Numbered from the stretch's first letter, positions 26,791 to 36,789 are shown. The stretch is 59,762 nt of DNA from Oligoflexales bacterium (GCA_013215275.1 JABSRF010000002.1:1-59762); one strand, 5' to 3'. Notes: generated by a model not told the origin, from the sequence alone. Translations and numbers: made by a program.

Positions 26791-27732
26791 TCAATCAACA
26801 ATACTATCTCTTTTCTGGCCAATTTTACGATCAAACTGCTTGTGGCTTGTGGGAAGGTGCTTGGTAAAATGCTTTGCAATGTTACCTAGGCGTTTCAAGC
26901 CAAAATGCTTCATAATTTCCTCTGGAGTTCGGCCTAAGAGGATGTGGTAGTGGATCGCATAATGCCTAAGGAGCTCTGAGTTAAGTTTTTTTATTTGAGC
27001 CTGGCTTCCTAGTTCATAGAGCATAAATTTTAAGCCATGCCTGGATATTTTTTCCTCAGGGTGCTCACTATCCCTTCCTTTGAATGCTATGAATATCCGC
27101 TTGTAGAGGTGCGGAAAAGCTTCCTGCGGAAAATTGCTCGTGAGTTGGTTTTGATAACTCCCTAACCATTTGGAGCTTTCTCGACAGATTCCCAAGACCC
27201 TAGAGCGGTTTCCAACGATTCGAAGAGAGGCTAAGCCTTGATTAGCAATATAGTCGCCCCAAGTTAGGTTAATAATCTCGTTGACCTTGAGGCCTTCAAA
27301 GGAAAGCAATGAGATCAAGGCTGCATCTCGTTTGCTTTTAAGCTGGCTGGTTTGAGAGTTTGCGATCGCTATAAGATTCAAGATATCAATATGTTCCACT
27401 TCATCTCGTAAATGTTCATCGCGAGCCGGTAATGGAATATCTTCAAATGGGTTGCTTTCTAAGCCCTTTTCTTCGATTAGAAAGCGTATGAACTGCTTAA
27501 TGCCAATCATTGCCCTTCTAATAGAGTTTATCTTCCCATTCTGCTGCCAAAGGTGTTGCTGATAGTTGATTAAGGTAGAGGGCTCGAGCTGATTAAAGAC
27601 GATCCGGTATGTTAGCAAAAACCTCAGAAAATTCTTAGCGTCCCTAGTGTAAGACTCTATGGTTGCTAATTGCTTGCCTTTAGATTTTAAGTAGCTTGAA
27701 AACTCTTCGAGTATTGATGCGCTTGCATCCAT
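26791..27732 (-). CDS. Tyrosine-recombinase (XerC/XerD)-like protein with apparently substituted catalytic residues
   Basis: N-terminal SAM-like core-binding region (IESYTRDAKNFLRFL). The C-terminal RDAALISLLSFEGLKVNEIINL aligns with XerD RDKAMLEVLYATGLRVSELVGL (Arg to Lys). ELLRHYAIHY retains RH. ...GNIAKHFTKH sits where ...TTQIYTHV is expected (Tyr to Phe). Confidence 0.72.
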   Translation of the reverse strand: MDASASILEEFSSYLKSKGKQLATIESYTRDAKNFLRFLLTYRIVFNQLEPSTLINYQQHLWQQNGKINSIRRAMIGIKQFIRFLIEEKGLESNPFEDIPLPARDEHLRDEVEHIDILNLIAIANSQTSQLKSKRDAALISLLSFEGLKVNEIINLTWGDYIANQGLASLRIVGNRSRVLGICRESSKWLGSYQNQLTSNFPQEAFPHLYKRIFIAFKGRDSEHPEEKISRHGLKFMLYELGSQAQIKKLNSELLRHYAIHYHILLGRTPEEIMKHFGLKRLGNIAKHFTKHLPTSHKQFDRKIGQKRDSIVD

Positions 27733-27828
27733 GAGCAGACCCTATTCAGTGTATGGTATGATCGAGACTAAGTTAACTTAAGGTTAAGCAGTTGCAAACA
27801 GAAAAATACAGCACGGGAGCTCCTTCTT

Positions 27829-28539
27829 ATGACCATGCAACAGTGGCAAAAGCGACGGTGGGTTATCTTACTAGCAAGCCTATTCTTAGTCTCTTTTAAA
27901 ATTCCCGAATATTATAGCAAAATGCTGGGTCCTAAGGAAATAGCTGAAGAACTTGATTACTTCATCATAGAACACAATGGTGAAAGTAAACTGTTAAAAA
28001 ACAAAGAAACCTTGAGCTATGTCAGAGGCGATGAGCTTAAAATAAAAGCAGCAAAACTGCGAGCGGGTGATCATAAGCCCTCAGAGGTCAACTTAGTCGG
28101 ATTTAGGCACCCGATTAAACCCGGAAATCGCCATGACTTAGGCTTCTTGATCGATACCTCAAGTACCCTTGACAAGAAACAATGGGCTGTGGATGAAAAG
28201 GGCGAGGTTTTTTTTATTGCTGCAGCTAGCAAAAAGCTCTTGCATGGGTACGCTTATTTGAAGAGGCTTGAACCTTCCTTGAGTTATGTGGACATTCAAG
28301 TGAATGATCAGCAACGGGTTATGCGAGAGGGTGAAACTCTAAAACTTAGTTCGGTAGATCTATTTAAGGTGAGTAGAGTGGTAACAAATATAAAAAACTT
28401 AGATCATGTCACCTTCCAGGTCGTTGAGCTTGGTGACCAAGGTAAGGCCGTTCTTAAGTCACATGAGCTATATGAAATCAGGTTCAAGCACCGATCTCAT
28501 ATATTTGCAAAGATTCCTATGGAAGTAGAAATTAAGTGA
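27829..28539 (+). CDS. Hypothetical exported or membrane-anchored protein
   Basis: N-terminal hydrophobic segment WVILLASLFLVSF. gggagc SD. No recognisable domain. Confidence 0.65.
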   Translation: MTMQQWQKRRWVILLASLFLVSFKIPEYYSKMLGPKEIAEELDYFIIEHNGESKLLKNKETLSYVRGDELKIKAAKLRAGDHKPSEVNLVGFRHPIKPGNRHDLGFLIDTSSTLDKKQWAVDEKGEVFFIAAASKKLLHGYAYLKRLEPSLSYVDIQVNDQQRVMREGETLKLSSVDLFKVSRVVTNIKNLDHVTFQVVELGDQGKAVLKSHELYEIRFKHRSHIFAKIPMEVEIK

Positions 28540-28626
28540 AGCCCACCCCAACAAGTAAGGGAGGAGCTTCTTTCTCTCCCCTCTCTTTCGGGAGTTTGTT
28601 AACCTCTCCGTGAACGAAGAGACTTC

Positions 28627-30912
28627 GTGAAGGTGGGTGAGATGAATTTACTAAAATCGACTTCAGGGGAAGAACGTAAAAGAATGCTAGAAGTCGTTGC
28701 TGTATTTTTTGCAGCAGCATTGCTTCTGGCTTTATCTACCCTAGAAACCCGCCTATTTACCTGGGGAGAGCATTTATCCGAAAACCGTGAGTTTTTTACG
28801 ACCCTTGCCTACTTTGCCCTCATCAACATTAACGTCATTCTGATTCTGTTTTTGAGCTTTCTTATCTTCAGAAATGTTACTCGGCTAATTGTTGAGCGTA
28901 GGCGGGGGATTCTGGGCTCTAAACTGCGTACTAAGCTTGTTTTCTCTCTGGTTTTCTTTGCTCTTGCCCCTACCATTCTTCTGTTCTATGTGTCGATGAA
29001 ATTCGTGACGACTAGTTTTGAGACATGGTTTTCGGAGAAAGTCAAAGAAACCATGCAGCAAACCAGTGAAGCTGGATCTCTGATATATAAACAAGACCAA
29101 AAGCGCCTCCAGAGCCTTGCGCGAATAGCTTTGCAGCGAGTCACGATTGATCAGGACCTCGAACTTCTGTGGGACGATGCTCCCTATATTGACCCTTCAA
29201 GCTTAGAGGGGTTTGATAAGGAGTATGGGCTGAATGCTGTGAAAGTATATGACATAACCGGAACTCAAATTTGGAACTCAAAAAGGGGTTTTGGCTCGGA
29301 GGTCCCGGAAAAACATGATAGCTATGTACTTGAATCCATTAGATTGTTTTTGATGGCTCCTGAGTTGGGAGATCACAGCACCGTTGTCGGTGAAGAGAAT
29401 CAAGATGTTGTAAAAGGTGCGGCCCCCTTAAGGGATCCTTATAACAATCAATTGCTTGGCCTAGTGTTAACTGAAGTAAGGTTTGAAACACGGATACTGA
29501 AGAGTATTGAGAAAATCATTTCGGACTTTGGAAACCTAAAACCTGGGGCGCAGCTCATTCGATTAAGCTACATGATTCTAATGATCGTGATCACGCTTTT
29601 GATCGTATTTTCAGCAATATGGATGGGATTTTATGTTGCTAGAGCGATTACAGGCCCGCTGCAAAGCCTTGCGGGAGCCACACGAGAAGTGGCCTTAGGG
29701 AATTATGATGTGACCCTTAAAGCAAAAACAGACGATGAAACCGGGCAGCTTGTCCATGCTTTTAATCATATGACGAAAGATTTGAGAGAGCACCAGAAGA
29801 ATACTTTAGAGGCGCAGTTCTTTTTACAGAAAAGTAATGAAGAGCTTGAGCAAAGGCGCCAGTATATGGAGATTGTGCTAAAGCATATAACCGCTGGGGT
29901 TATTTCTCTCGACCCAGAAAAGAGAGTTACTTCTGTCAATGCAGCTGCAGAGCGCTTGTTGCGTATCAACGGCAAACAGCTCAATGGAGTTAGTTTAAAA
30001 GAGGGTTTTTCTAACTCACTATACGAGGTATTTTGGGCTCCCATCTTAGAGGGGCTCAACAATAGGACGAGTTTTAGGCTTCAAAATGATCTATATAAGC
30101 ATGGGTATGATGTAAACCTCATCATAAATGCAAGTAGGATTTATGATGAAGATGTAGAGATGGGTATCGTTGTGGTGTTTGACGACGCGCAGGAGCAAGT
30201 CCGTGCCCAGAGGGTTGCTGCCTGGAGAGAGGTTGCCAGGCGTATAGCCCACGAGATTAAGAATCCAATTACTCCAATCAAGTTGAGTGCTCAAAGGCTT
30301 TTAAGAAAATTTCACAATAAGTTTGAAGCAGATGATTATGAAACCTTTGGTGATTGTATCGAAACCATCATTACCCAAGTAGATTCCTTGAGGGATTTGG
30401 TCAATGAGTTTTCCAAATTCTCTCGAATGCCCCGAATTCAGCCAAGGTCAGCTAAGGTCAACCCAATATTAGAGGATGTGGCAAAGTTTTTTAGTGTCAG
30501 TTATCCGGAAATATCTATAGATTACAGCGATATACAAGAAACTCCTAGCATTCTTATAGACAAAGAGCAATTAAATAGAGCATTCGTTAATATTTTTACG
30601 AATGCGTTAGCATCCTTTGAAGATGGAAGAAAAGGACAGATAAATTTGTCTTGTTACTACCTTAAGGATCTACAGACCGTGCGGGTTGAGATTGCTGATA
30701 ATGGTTGCGGGATACCTAAAGAGCTCCATGACCGTGTTTTGGAGCCGTATTTTTCAACGAAAGATGAAGGAACAGGCCTTGGCCTCGCCATTGTTAATCA
30801 GATTATCAGTGATCATGGTGGCTACTTACGTATAGTAGCCAATAAGCCCTTTGGCACAATGATTATTATCGAATTACCGGTAAGAAAAAGCGAAGAGAAT
30901 AATAGAGTATAA
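28627..30912 (+). CDS. ntrY: NtrY-like sensor histidine kinase (TM, HAMP, PAS, HisKA, HATPase)
   Basis: Multiple N-terminal transmembrane segments, HAMP (ITGPLQSLAGATREVALGNYD), H-box IAHEIKNPITPIKLSAQRL, G-boxes DNGCGIP and GTGLGLAIV. Alternative start ATG 28642. Confidence 0.82.
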   Translation: MKVGEMNLLKSTSGEERKRMLEVVAVFFAAALLLALSTLETRLFTWGEHLSENREFFTTLAYFALININVILILFLSFLIFRNVTRLIVERRRGILGSKLRTKLVFSLVFFALAPTILLFYVSMKFVTTSFETWFSEKVKETMQQTSEAGSLIYKQDQKRLQSLARIALQRVTIDQDLELLWDDAPYIDPSSLEGFDKEYGLNAVKVYDITGTQIWNSKRGFGSEVPEKHDSYVLESIRLFLMAPELGDHSTVVGEENQDVVKGAAPLRDPYNNQLLGLVLTEVRFETRILKSIEKIISDFGNLKPGAQLIRLSYMILMIVITLLIVFSAIWMGFYVARAITGPLQSLAGATREVALGNYDVTLKAKTDDETGQLVHAFNHMTKDLREHQKNTLEAQFFLQKSNEELEQRRQYMEIVLKHITAGVISLDPEKRVTSVNAAAERLLRINGKQLNGVSLKEGFSNSLYEVFWAPILEGLNNRTSFRLQNDLYKHGYDVNLIINASRIYDEDVEMGIVVVFDDAQEQVRAQRVAAWREVARRIAHEIKNPITPIKLSAQRLLRKFHNKFEADDYETFGDCIETIITQVDSLRDLVNEFSKFSRMPRIQPRSAKVNPILEDVAKFFSVSYPEISIDYSDIQETPSILIDKEQLNRAFVNIFTNALASFEDGRKGQINLSCYYLKDLQTVRVEIADNGCGIPKELHDRVLEPYFSTKDEGTGLGLAIVNQIISDHGGYLRIVANKPFGTMIIIELPVRKSEENNRV

Positions 30913-30925
30913 CTAGGGTGAAAAT

Positions 30926-32311
30926 ATGGGACAGAGGCAGAATCAGGCAAAGCCATTGGCGCTCATCATCGACGATGAAAGAAGCATTTGCTCGACCCTA
31001 GCCGGAGTTTTTTCAGATGAAGGGTGGAAGAGCCTAACCGCTTCATCTGGAAAAGAAGGTATAAACTATTACAAGAACAATCATGTTGATTTGGTCCTTC
31101 TTGATGTCTGGATGAAGGGCTTAGATGGTATTCAGACCTTACAGAAGCTGAAAGAAATCAAAGGAGAAGTGCCCATTGTGATCATGAGTGGGCATGGAAC
31201 CATTGAAACTGCGGTTAAAGCGACCAAGCTGGGTGCTTTTGACTTCTTAGAAAAACCCTTATCTCTTGAGAAGCTTATTCCCATGATCGAGCATGCAGCG
31301 AAACTGCAAAGCCTCAGGGAGTATGGGAATAATCTTGGAGATCACTCCTACCAACTAATAGGTGAATCGGAGTCCATCGGAGCTATTCATCGCAAAATTA
31401 AGGTGGTCGCTCCGCGCAATAGTTGGGTCCTGATCACTGGTGAGAATGGCACCGGTAAGGAGGTTGTTGCCAGAAATATTCACCTACAAAGCACTAGGGG
31501 GGATAAGTCTTTTGTAGCTGTAAACTGCGCAGCCATTCCAGAGGAGTTGATAGAAAGTGAGCTTTTTGGGCATGCCAAAGGGGCTTTTACGAATGCTTTA
31601 AGTTCAAAGAAAGGTAAGTTTGAACTTGCTCATCAAGGGACTCTATTCCTGGATGAAATTGGTGATATGTCCCTAAAAACCCAAGCTAAAATACTTAGGA
31701 TACTGCAGGAACAGAGTTTTGAGCGCCTCGGGGATACCCAAACAATCAGCGTGGATGTTAGGGTTATTGCTGCAACGAACAAAGACCTACAGGAAGAAAT
31801 CAAACTGGGAAGCTTTCGTGAGGACCTTTACTATCGATTGAATGTGATTCCCATCCATTTGACTCCGTTGCGAGAAAGAGGGAGGGATATCCTTGTTCTC
31901 GCAAACTTTTTCTTTGAACAGCTTAGTTTAGAGCTGGGTGAGCCGACAAAGTGCTTTTCTTCGGAGGCTGAAAACAACCTTCTTAGCTATCATTGGCCAG
32001 GTAATGTCCGCGAACTTCGTAACTTGGTTGAGCGGCTTAGTATTCTGGTGACCTCTCGGTTCATCGAAGTTGATGATTTACCGGACTATATCAAAGAATG
32101 TAAAGTGGATACCGAAAATTTATCTGAGCCAAATTCTCCCGCCACCCTCAAAGAGGCTAGGAGTCACTTTGAAAAATCTTTTATCATTGAAAAGTTAGAA
32201 GAACATGGGTGGAACATTTCTAAAACGGCCGAGGCAATTGGAGTTGAGAGGAGCAATCTTCATCGCAAGCTTCGAAACTTCGGTATCGATTTAAAAAGGC
32301 TCAAAATGTAA
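30926..32311 (+). CDS. ntrX: Sigma-54-interacting response regulator (NtrX/NtrC family)
   Basis: REC domain (LIIDDERSI...LLDVWMKGLDG), AAA+ domain (GENGTGKEVVA, ESELFGHAKGAFTNA, which is GAFTGA with Gly to Asn, and LFLDEIGDM), C-terminal Fis-type HTH (NISKTAEAIGVERSNLHRKL). Confidence 0.88.
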   Translation: MGQRQNQAKPLALIIDDERSICSTLAGVFSDEGWKSLTASSGKEGINYYKNNHVDLVLLDVWMKGLDGIQTLQKLKEIKGEVPIVIMSGHGTIETAVKATKLGAFDFLEKPLSLEKLIPMIEHAAKLQSLREYGNNLGDHSYQLIGESESIGAIHRKIKVVAPRNSWVLITGENGTGKEVVARNIHLQSTRGDKSFVAVNCAAIPEELIESELFGHAKGAFTNALSSKKGKFELAHQGTLFLDEIGDMSLKTQAKILRILQEQSFERLGDTQTISVDVRVIAATNKDLQEEIKLGSFREDLYYRLNVIPIHLTPLRERGRDILVLANFFFEQLSLELGEPTKCFSSEAENNLLSYHWPGNVRELRNLVERLSILVTSRFIEVDDLPDYIKECKVDTENLSEPNSPATLKEARSHFEKSFIIEKLEEHGWNISKTAEAIGVERSNLHRKLRNFGIDLKRLKM

Positions 32312-32330
32312 GAGCCTGGGAGGATCTTGC

Positions 32331-33569
32331 ATGAATGAAGAGGTCACTGTCAGTCGTAACGGTAAGCAGCTGGTCATTGATGGGATCGAAAATGGGGATG
32401 ATGGTTACCATGACTGGACCGCTTTTCCATTTAGTAATAGTAAAATCCTACTTTCCTACGAGGGAGACCCCCTTCCCCCGAAAGATTACAAAAATGGCTT
32501 CGGTTGGTTGCCTGTAGAAACCTTTGCCGATATTTTACGAGGGCGCATCACTCAGAAGTGGACCGGGATGGTGGCGGTTGATACCGCCTTGGGTTTGAAG
32601 AGGATTTTTATGGTCCAAGGTGAGATTGTTTTTGCTCGCTCCAACCTGGTCGATGATCGTTTAGGTGAAGTGATTTACCGAGACGGGGACCTTTCTCTGG
32701 AGGAGCTTACAAGCACCACTGCACAGGTCAGTCGAGAGCGCAAGTTCGGTCAGGTTCTGGTGCTGACAGGCTTGTTTGATCACTTGAAGCTTTGGCACTC
32801 GCTGAAAGCTCAGGTGGAGCAAATTGTTCGGTCGATCTTTATGGAGTCTTTTATTAGCGTTGGCTTCTACCCTAACCACTTACCTACCTCGGAAGTTCAC
32901 TTTGATGAGGGGAGCCTTAGCTTTTTAGATAAGTGCCTAAGCTTTGGGAGCATGTACCGAGGGTTTGAAAAAAGGCTTGCTGCAAATTGCAAGGTTTCGC
33001 TTCTAGATGAGCATTCTAGCTTCAGTATTTATCCCCAGGGTACTTTTTTAGGTGATGTTCTTAGGTTGATCAATGAGAGCAAAGACCTTGGTGATTTAAT
33101 GAGAATGTCAAAAGTGCAACCTCTGTACACCATCTCAGCGCTCATGTTGCTAATCAATGAGGGGTTTTGTGAGATTGGTTACATGAGGCCATTCAAGTTG
33201 CCTGGTGGGGTTTATCATATCCTGTCTCTTAAAAGTAAAATCAACATGTATGAGTTTTTGATTCAAGAGCAACGAAGGTTGTTTGAGTTAGAAAACTTTG
33301 AGTACCCTGTTCAAGAGCTGAAATCGATGGCATTTCAGCTGAATGAGGAGGAGTTTCCAGTTATCTTTTTAAATGATTTTGGGTTCCTGCACCCTGAGTC
33401 CTTGCACCATGTGTTTAATCAGTGCATAACGGTTGCGGCGCGAACTCAATATTTTGAATCGGCTGTTGACAGTCTGATGCGTTTTTCTATGCAGATTTCT
33501 GCTGATCGATTGAGTTATGAGGGCGCTAATAAAATTAAAAGTGTGTACAAGGACTTTATTTACAAATGA
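32331..33569 (+). CDS. Hypothetical protein with an N-terminal DUF4388 (PATAN)-like region
   Basis: FADILRGRITQKWTGMVAVDT...KRIFMVQGEIVFARS resembles the DUF4388 pattern. It starts 19 nt after ntrX and overlaps rlmB by 4 nt, so it is probably co-transcribed. Confidence 0.65.
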   Translation: MNEEVTVSRNGKQLVIDGIENGDDGYHDWTAFPFSNSKILLSYEGDPLPPKDYKNGFGWLPVETFADILRGRITQKWTGMVAVDTALGLKRIFMVQGEIVFARSNLVDDRLGEVIYRDGDLSLEELTSTTAQVSRERKFGQVLVLTGLFDHLKLWHSLKAQVEQIVRSIFMESFISVGFYPNHLPTSEVHFDEGSLSFLDKCLSFGSMYRGFEKRLAANCKVSLLDEHSSFSIYPQGTFLGDVLRLINESKDLGDLMRMSKVQPLYTISALMLLINEGFCEIGYMRPFKLPGGVYHILSLKSKINMYEFLIQEQRRLFELENFEYPVQELKSMAFQLNEEEFPVIFLNDFGFLHPESLHHVFNQCITVAARTQYFESAVDSLMRFSMQISADRLSYEGANKIKSVYKDFIYK

Positions 33570-34369
33570 CATTTCGCTCAAAAACTAAGCGCTCAGATTA
33601 TAAGTCATCAAAAGGCAAGGTTGGTTCAAAGAAGCAAACAAATACTTTTCAAATCGATAGCTTATCCGCCCTATTGGACTATGCTAGGCATAAGCCAGCC
33701 TCCGTAGTCTCTGTGAGTTGTCAAGGCAAGCACCGAGACAAGATTGAGCAGCAGTGTCCTGAAATCCTTGATCGAGTAAGGATTATAGGAACTGTTGCTG
33801 AGCCTGAAAGCGAAAAAAACTTTATTGTTGAGGTGTGTATCATCCCCCTCCAAGAGTCCGATCTTAAGGGGCGCGTAGCGAACAGGGACACTGATTTAAT
33901 ACTAGCTCTTGATCATATAACCGACCCTAGAAACTTAGGTGCGTTGGCCAGGAGCTGCGCTTTTTTTGGTGTCGAGGAGATTCTGATCCCTAAGAACCGA
34001 CAAGTGAATTTGACAGACGCGTCTGTTGCAACGTCTCAAGGGGCATTTGCTTTGACGAATATTGTCATTGTCACGAATCTAGTCCGTATTTTAGAGTCCC
34101 TCAAAAGTGAGGGTTACTGGGTCATCGGATGCGAAAAAGGTGGGAAAACGATTGAATCTGTCCAATCGAAATATGAAAAAGTGGTGCTTGTTTTGGGCTC
34201 TGAGGATAAGGGTTTGTCGCCGTTAGTGAGAAAAACTTGTGATTTATTTGTTGGCATTGAAGGTAGCGAGCGTTGTTTAGATTCTTTAAATGTGAGCGTG
34301 GCGGGAGGAATTTTACTCCGCGGTTTCCAATTTGGGCAAAAAAGTAAAATAAAAAAGAAGAACCCTTGA
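33566..34369 (+). CDS. rlmB: SpoU/TrmH-family 23S rRNA 2'-O-ribose methyltransferase (RlmB-like)
   Basis: LDHITDPRNLGALARS, LVLGSEDKGLS, SLNVSVAGGILL (the three SpoU motifs). Confidence 0.8.
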   Translation: MTFRSKTKRSDYKSSKGKVGSKKQTNTFQIDSLSALLDYARHKPASVVSVSCQGKHRDKIEQQCPEILDRVRIIGTVAEPESEKNFIVEVCIIPLQESDLKGRVANRDTDLILALDHITDPRNLGALARSCAFFGVEEILIPKNRQVNLTDASVATSQGAFALTNIVIVTNLVRILESLKSEGYWVIGCEKGGKTIESVQSKYEKVVLVLGSEDKGLSPLVRKTCDLFVGIEGSERCLDSLNVSVAGGILLRGFQFGQKSKIKKKNP

Positions 34370-34392
34370 CGTTTTACGGAAGCTAATATACT
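34366..34392 (+). promoter_or_regulatory. Putative sigma-70 promoter for the tRNA-tuf operon
   Basis: TTGACG (34366-34371, overlapping the rlmB stop), a 15-nt spacer, then TATACT (34387-34392). The spacer is shorter than optimal. Confidence 0.35.
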
Positions 34393-34445
34393 TAGTTGTT
34401 CCATATCTGATAGGCATCTAACCAGATGAACCATTGAAGATATTA

Positions 34446-34521
34446 GCTGGCTTAGCTCAGTTGGTAGAGCAGCTGATTTGTAATCAGCAGGTCGTAGGTT
34501 CGATCCCTATAGCCAGCTCCA
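34446..34521 (+). tRNA. tRNA-Thr (anticodon UGU), CCA encoded
   Basis: Cloverleaf folded by hand: acceptor GCTGGCT/AGCCAGC, anticodon loop TTTGTAA, T-loop GGTTCGATCC. Confidence 0.95.
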
Positions 34522-34523
34522 AT

Positions 34524-34609
34524 GGAGGGGTGCCCGAGTGGTCAAAGGGGGCGGGCTGTAAACCCGCTGACTTCGGTCTACATAGGTTCGAAACCTATCC
34601 CCTCCACCA
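34524..34609 (+). tRNA. tRNA-Tyr (anticodon GUA), long variable arm, CCA encoded
   Basis: Acceptor GGAGGGG/CCCCTCC, anticodon loop CTGTAAA, variable arm TGACTTCGGTCTA. Confidence 0.95.
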
Positions 34610-34616
34610 TACATAC

Positions 34617-34693
34617 GCGGGAGTAGCTCAGCTGGCTAGAGCATTAGCCTTCCAAGCTAAGGGTCGCGGGTTCGAATCCCGTCTCCCGCTCCA
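34617..34693 (+). tRNA. tRNA-Gly (anticodon UCC), CCA encoded
   Basis: Acceptor GCGGGAG/CTCCCGC, anticodon loop CTTCCAA. Confidence 0.95.
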
Positions 34694-34760
34694 TTTTACA
34701 AATGCGAACCATTGTGATCTAAGGATGATAAGTGGTTTGCTTTTTCAGGTTTAAGAGTTA

Positions 34761-34835
<75 letters not shown>

Positions 34836-34936
34836 TCTATATGTAAGTTCGTATATAATACGGGATATAATAAAGACACCTTGGGGTGCGAATGTGTTGG
34901 CGGTGATCGTTAATCGCCGTTAACTTGGAGGAGCAA

Positions 34937-36130
34937 ATGTCAAAAGAAAAGTTTGAACGGACCAAGCCTCACGTTAACGTTGGAACGATTGGTCACGTCG
35001 ATCACGGAAAAACTACCTTAACTGCCGCTATTACCAAGGTTATGGCTTTGGCTAACGGTGGTGAAGCAAAAGCCTTTGATGAGATTGATAAGGCTCCTGA
35101 AGAGAAGGCTCGTGGTATCACTATCTCAACTGCTCACGTTGAGTACGAGTCCCCAGAGCGTCACTATGCTCACGTGGACTGCCCAGGTCACGCTGACTAC
35201 GTAAAAAACATGATCACTGGTGCTGCTCAGATGGACGGCGCTATCCTTGTGGTAAGTGCGACTGACGGCCCAATGCCTCAGACTCGTGAGCATATCCTTT
35301 TGGCTCGCCAGGTTGGTGTTCCAAAGATTGTTGTTTTCTTGAATAAGTGTGATGCGGTTGAAGATGAAGAGCTTCTTGACCTTGTGGAAATGGAAGTTCG
35401 TGACCTTCTTAACCAATATCAGTTCCCTGGAGATGATATTCCAATCATCCGTGGTTCTGCTCTTAATGCTTTGAATGCTTCAAGTGCTGATGACGATTGG
35501 GCGAAGAAAGTTGTCGAGCTAATCAGTAACTGTGATGCTGAAATCCCAGTCCCTGAGCGTGCTATTGATAAGCCTTTTATTATGCCTATCGAGGACGTTT
35601 TCTCAATCTCTGGTCGTGGTACTGTTGTAACTGGCCGTATCGAAGCTGGTGTTGTCAAGGTTGGTGAAGAAGTTGAGATTGTTGGTATCAAAGATACTAC
35701 CAAGACTACTTGTACCGGCGTAGAGATGTTCCGTAAGTTGCTTGATCAAGGTCAAGCTGGTGATAACGTTGGTGTTCTTCTTCGTGGTGTTAAGCGTGAA
35801 GATGTGCTTCGTGGTCAGGTTCTATCTAAGCCTGGATCCATCAAGCCACACACTAAGTTTAAAGCTAAGGTTTACATCTTGACTAAAGAAGAAGGTGGTC
35901 GTCATACTCCTTTCTTCAAAGGTTATAGACCACAGTTCTACTTCAGAACTACTGACGTAACTGGTGCTGTAAAGCTTCCTGATAACGTTGAGATGGTTAT
36001 GCCTGGTGATAACATCGATATGGAAGTGGAATTGATCTGCCCAATCGCTATGGACGAAGAGCTACGTTTCGCGATCCGTGAAGGTGGCCGTACTGTTGGC
36101 GCTGGTGTTGTAGCTTCAATCATCGAGTAA
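34937..36130 (+). CDS. tuf: Elongation factor Tu
   Basis: [46 protein letters not shown] 34937 follows ggagga. The Thr-Tyr-Gly-Thr-tuf order is the same as the E. coli thrU-tyrU-glyT-thrT-tufB operon. Confidence 0.99.
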   Translation: MSKEKFERTKPHVNVGTIGHVDHGKTTLTAAITKVMALANGGEAKAFDEIDKAPEEKARGITISTAHVEYESPERHYAHVDCPGHADYVKNMITGAAQMDGAILVVSATDGPMPQTREHILLARQVGVPKIVVFLNKCDAVEDEELLDLVEMEVRDLLNQYQFPGDDIPIIRGSALNALNASSADDDWAKKVVELISNCDAEIPVPERAIDKPFIMPIEDVFSISGRGTVVTGRIEAGVVKVGEEVEIVGIKDTTKTTCTGVEMFRKLLDQGQAGDNVGVLLRGVKREDVLRGQVLSKPGSIKPHTKFKAKVYILTKEEGGRHTPFFKGYRPQFYFRTTDVTGAVKLPDNVEMVMPGDNIDMEVELICPIAMDEELRFAIREGGRTVGAGVVASIIE

Positions 36131-36142
36131 TTTTAAGAATTT

Positions 36143-36178
36143 GAAGATGTTTCCTTGATTGGAAGCTTCTTCTTTTTT
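36143..36178 (+). terminator. Rho-independent terminator or attenuator after tuf
   Basis: Imperfect 12-bp stem gaagatgtttcc/ggaagcttcttc followed by tttttt. Confidence 0.6.
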
Positions 36179-36199
36179 AATATTCATTCGCTAAATTGT

Positions 36200-36272
36200 A
36201 GGCGAGTAGTTCCAATGGTAGAACGGCGGATTCCAAATCCGCATGCTGGGGGTTCGAATCCCTCCTCGCCTG
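36200..36272 (+). tRNA. tRNA-Trp (anticodon CCA), CCA end not encoded
   Basis: Acceptor AGGCGAG/CTCGCCT, anticodon loop TTCCAAA, T-loop GGTTCGAATCC. Confidence 0.94.
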
Positions 36273-36323
36273 CTCCGTTTGTTTTACAGACATGCCTATT
36301 AGCCTTCACATATTGAGGTCAGC

Positions 36324-36704
36324 GTGACTAAAGATGATGCTACCTGGTTGGATATTTGCTATATTGTATTCGCAATGATAGTTGCTTATATTGTCTACAA
36401 AGCCGCAGAAACAGTCGGTTTGCAGCTTGGCTTTGCGGAGAGGTATGATGAGTGGTTTCCTCTTGCGAGTAGGGTCTGCTCAATCGTTGGTGGTGGTGCA
36501 GCTGCTTTGTGGTTGCGGTCCGATGCGGATAGGCGTGATTACCATGTCTCTGCAATAGGTGAGATTCGCAAAGTAACTTGGCCAAGTATACCAGATACTA
36601 AGCGGATGACTGTTGTTGTGGTTATCGTAGTGGCTATATTTTCAGTGATCCTGACCGTATTCGATGTGGTGTGGTCTAAGATATTACAGGCGATTTTACC
36701 GTAG
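36324..36704 (+). CDS. secE: Preprotein translocase subunit SecE (three-TM form)
   Basis: EIRKVTWPSIPDTKRMTVVVVIVVAIFSVIL is the conserved SecE C-terminal segment. GTG start. Canonical position before nusG. Confidence 0.9.
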   Translation: MTKDDATWLDICYIVFAMIVAYIVYKAAETVGLQLGFAERYDEWFPLASRVCSIVGGGAAALWLRSDADRRDYHVSAIGEIRKVTWPSIPDTKRMTVVVVIVVAIFSVILTVFDVVWSKILQAILP

Positions 36705-36789
36705 GTCTGCTTTTAGCATTGTCCTGCGGATGTTTATATTTGATTAGATTAGAGTGGCCTTCTATTCAGGCTGCAATTGAGGTGATTGA

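Noticed and set aside
26791-27732. The Xer-like gene as a marker of an integrated mobile element
   Set aside because: It is flanked by tadA and NtrY/X-type genes. No att-like direct repeats, tRNA target, phage or conjugation genes are nearby, and its catalytic residues look degenerate.
34434-34754. 106-aa + strand ORF (also 34114-34434 on the minus strand)
   Set aside because: The + ORF runs straight through three well-folded tRNA genes. The minus ORF is antisense inside rlmB. Both are artefacts of open frames.
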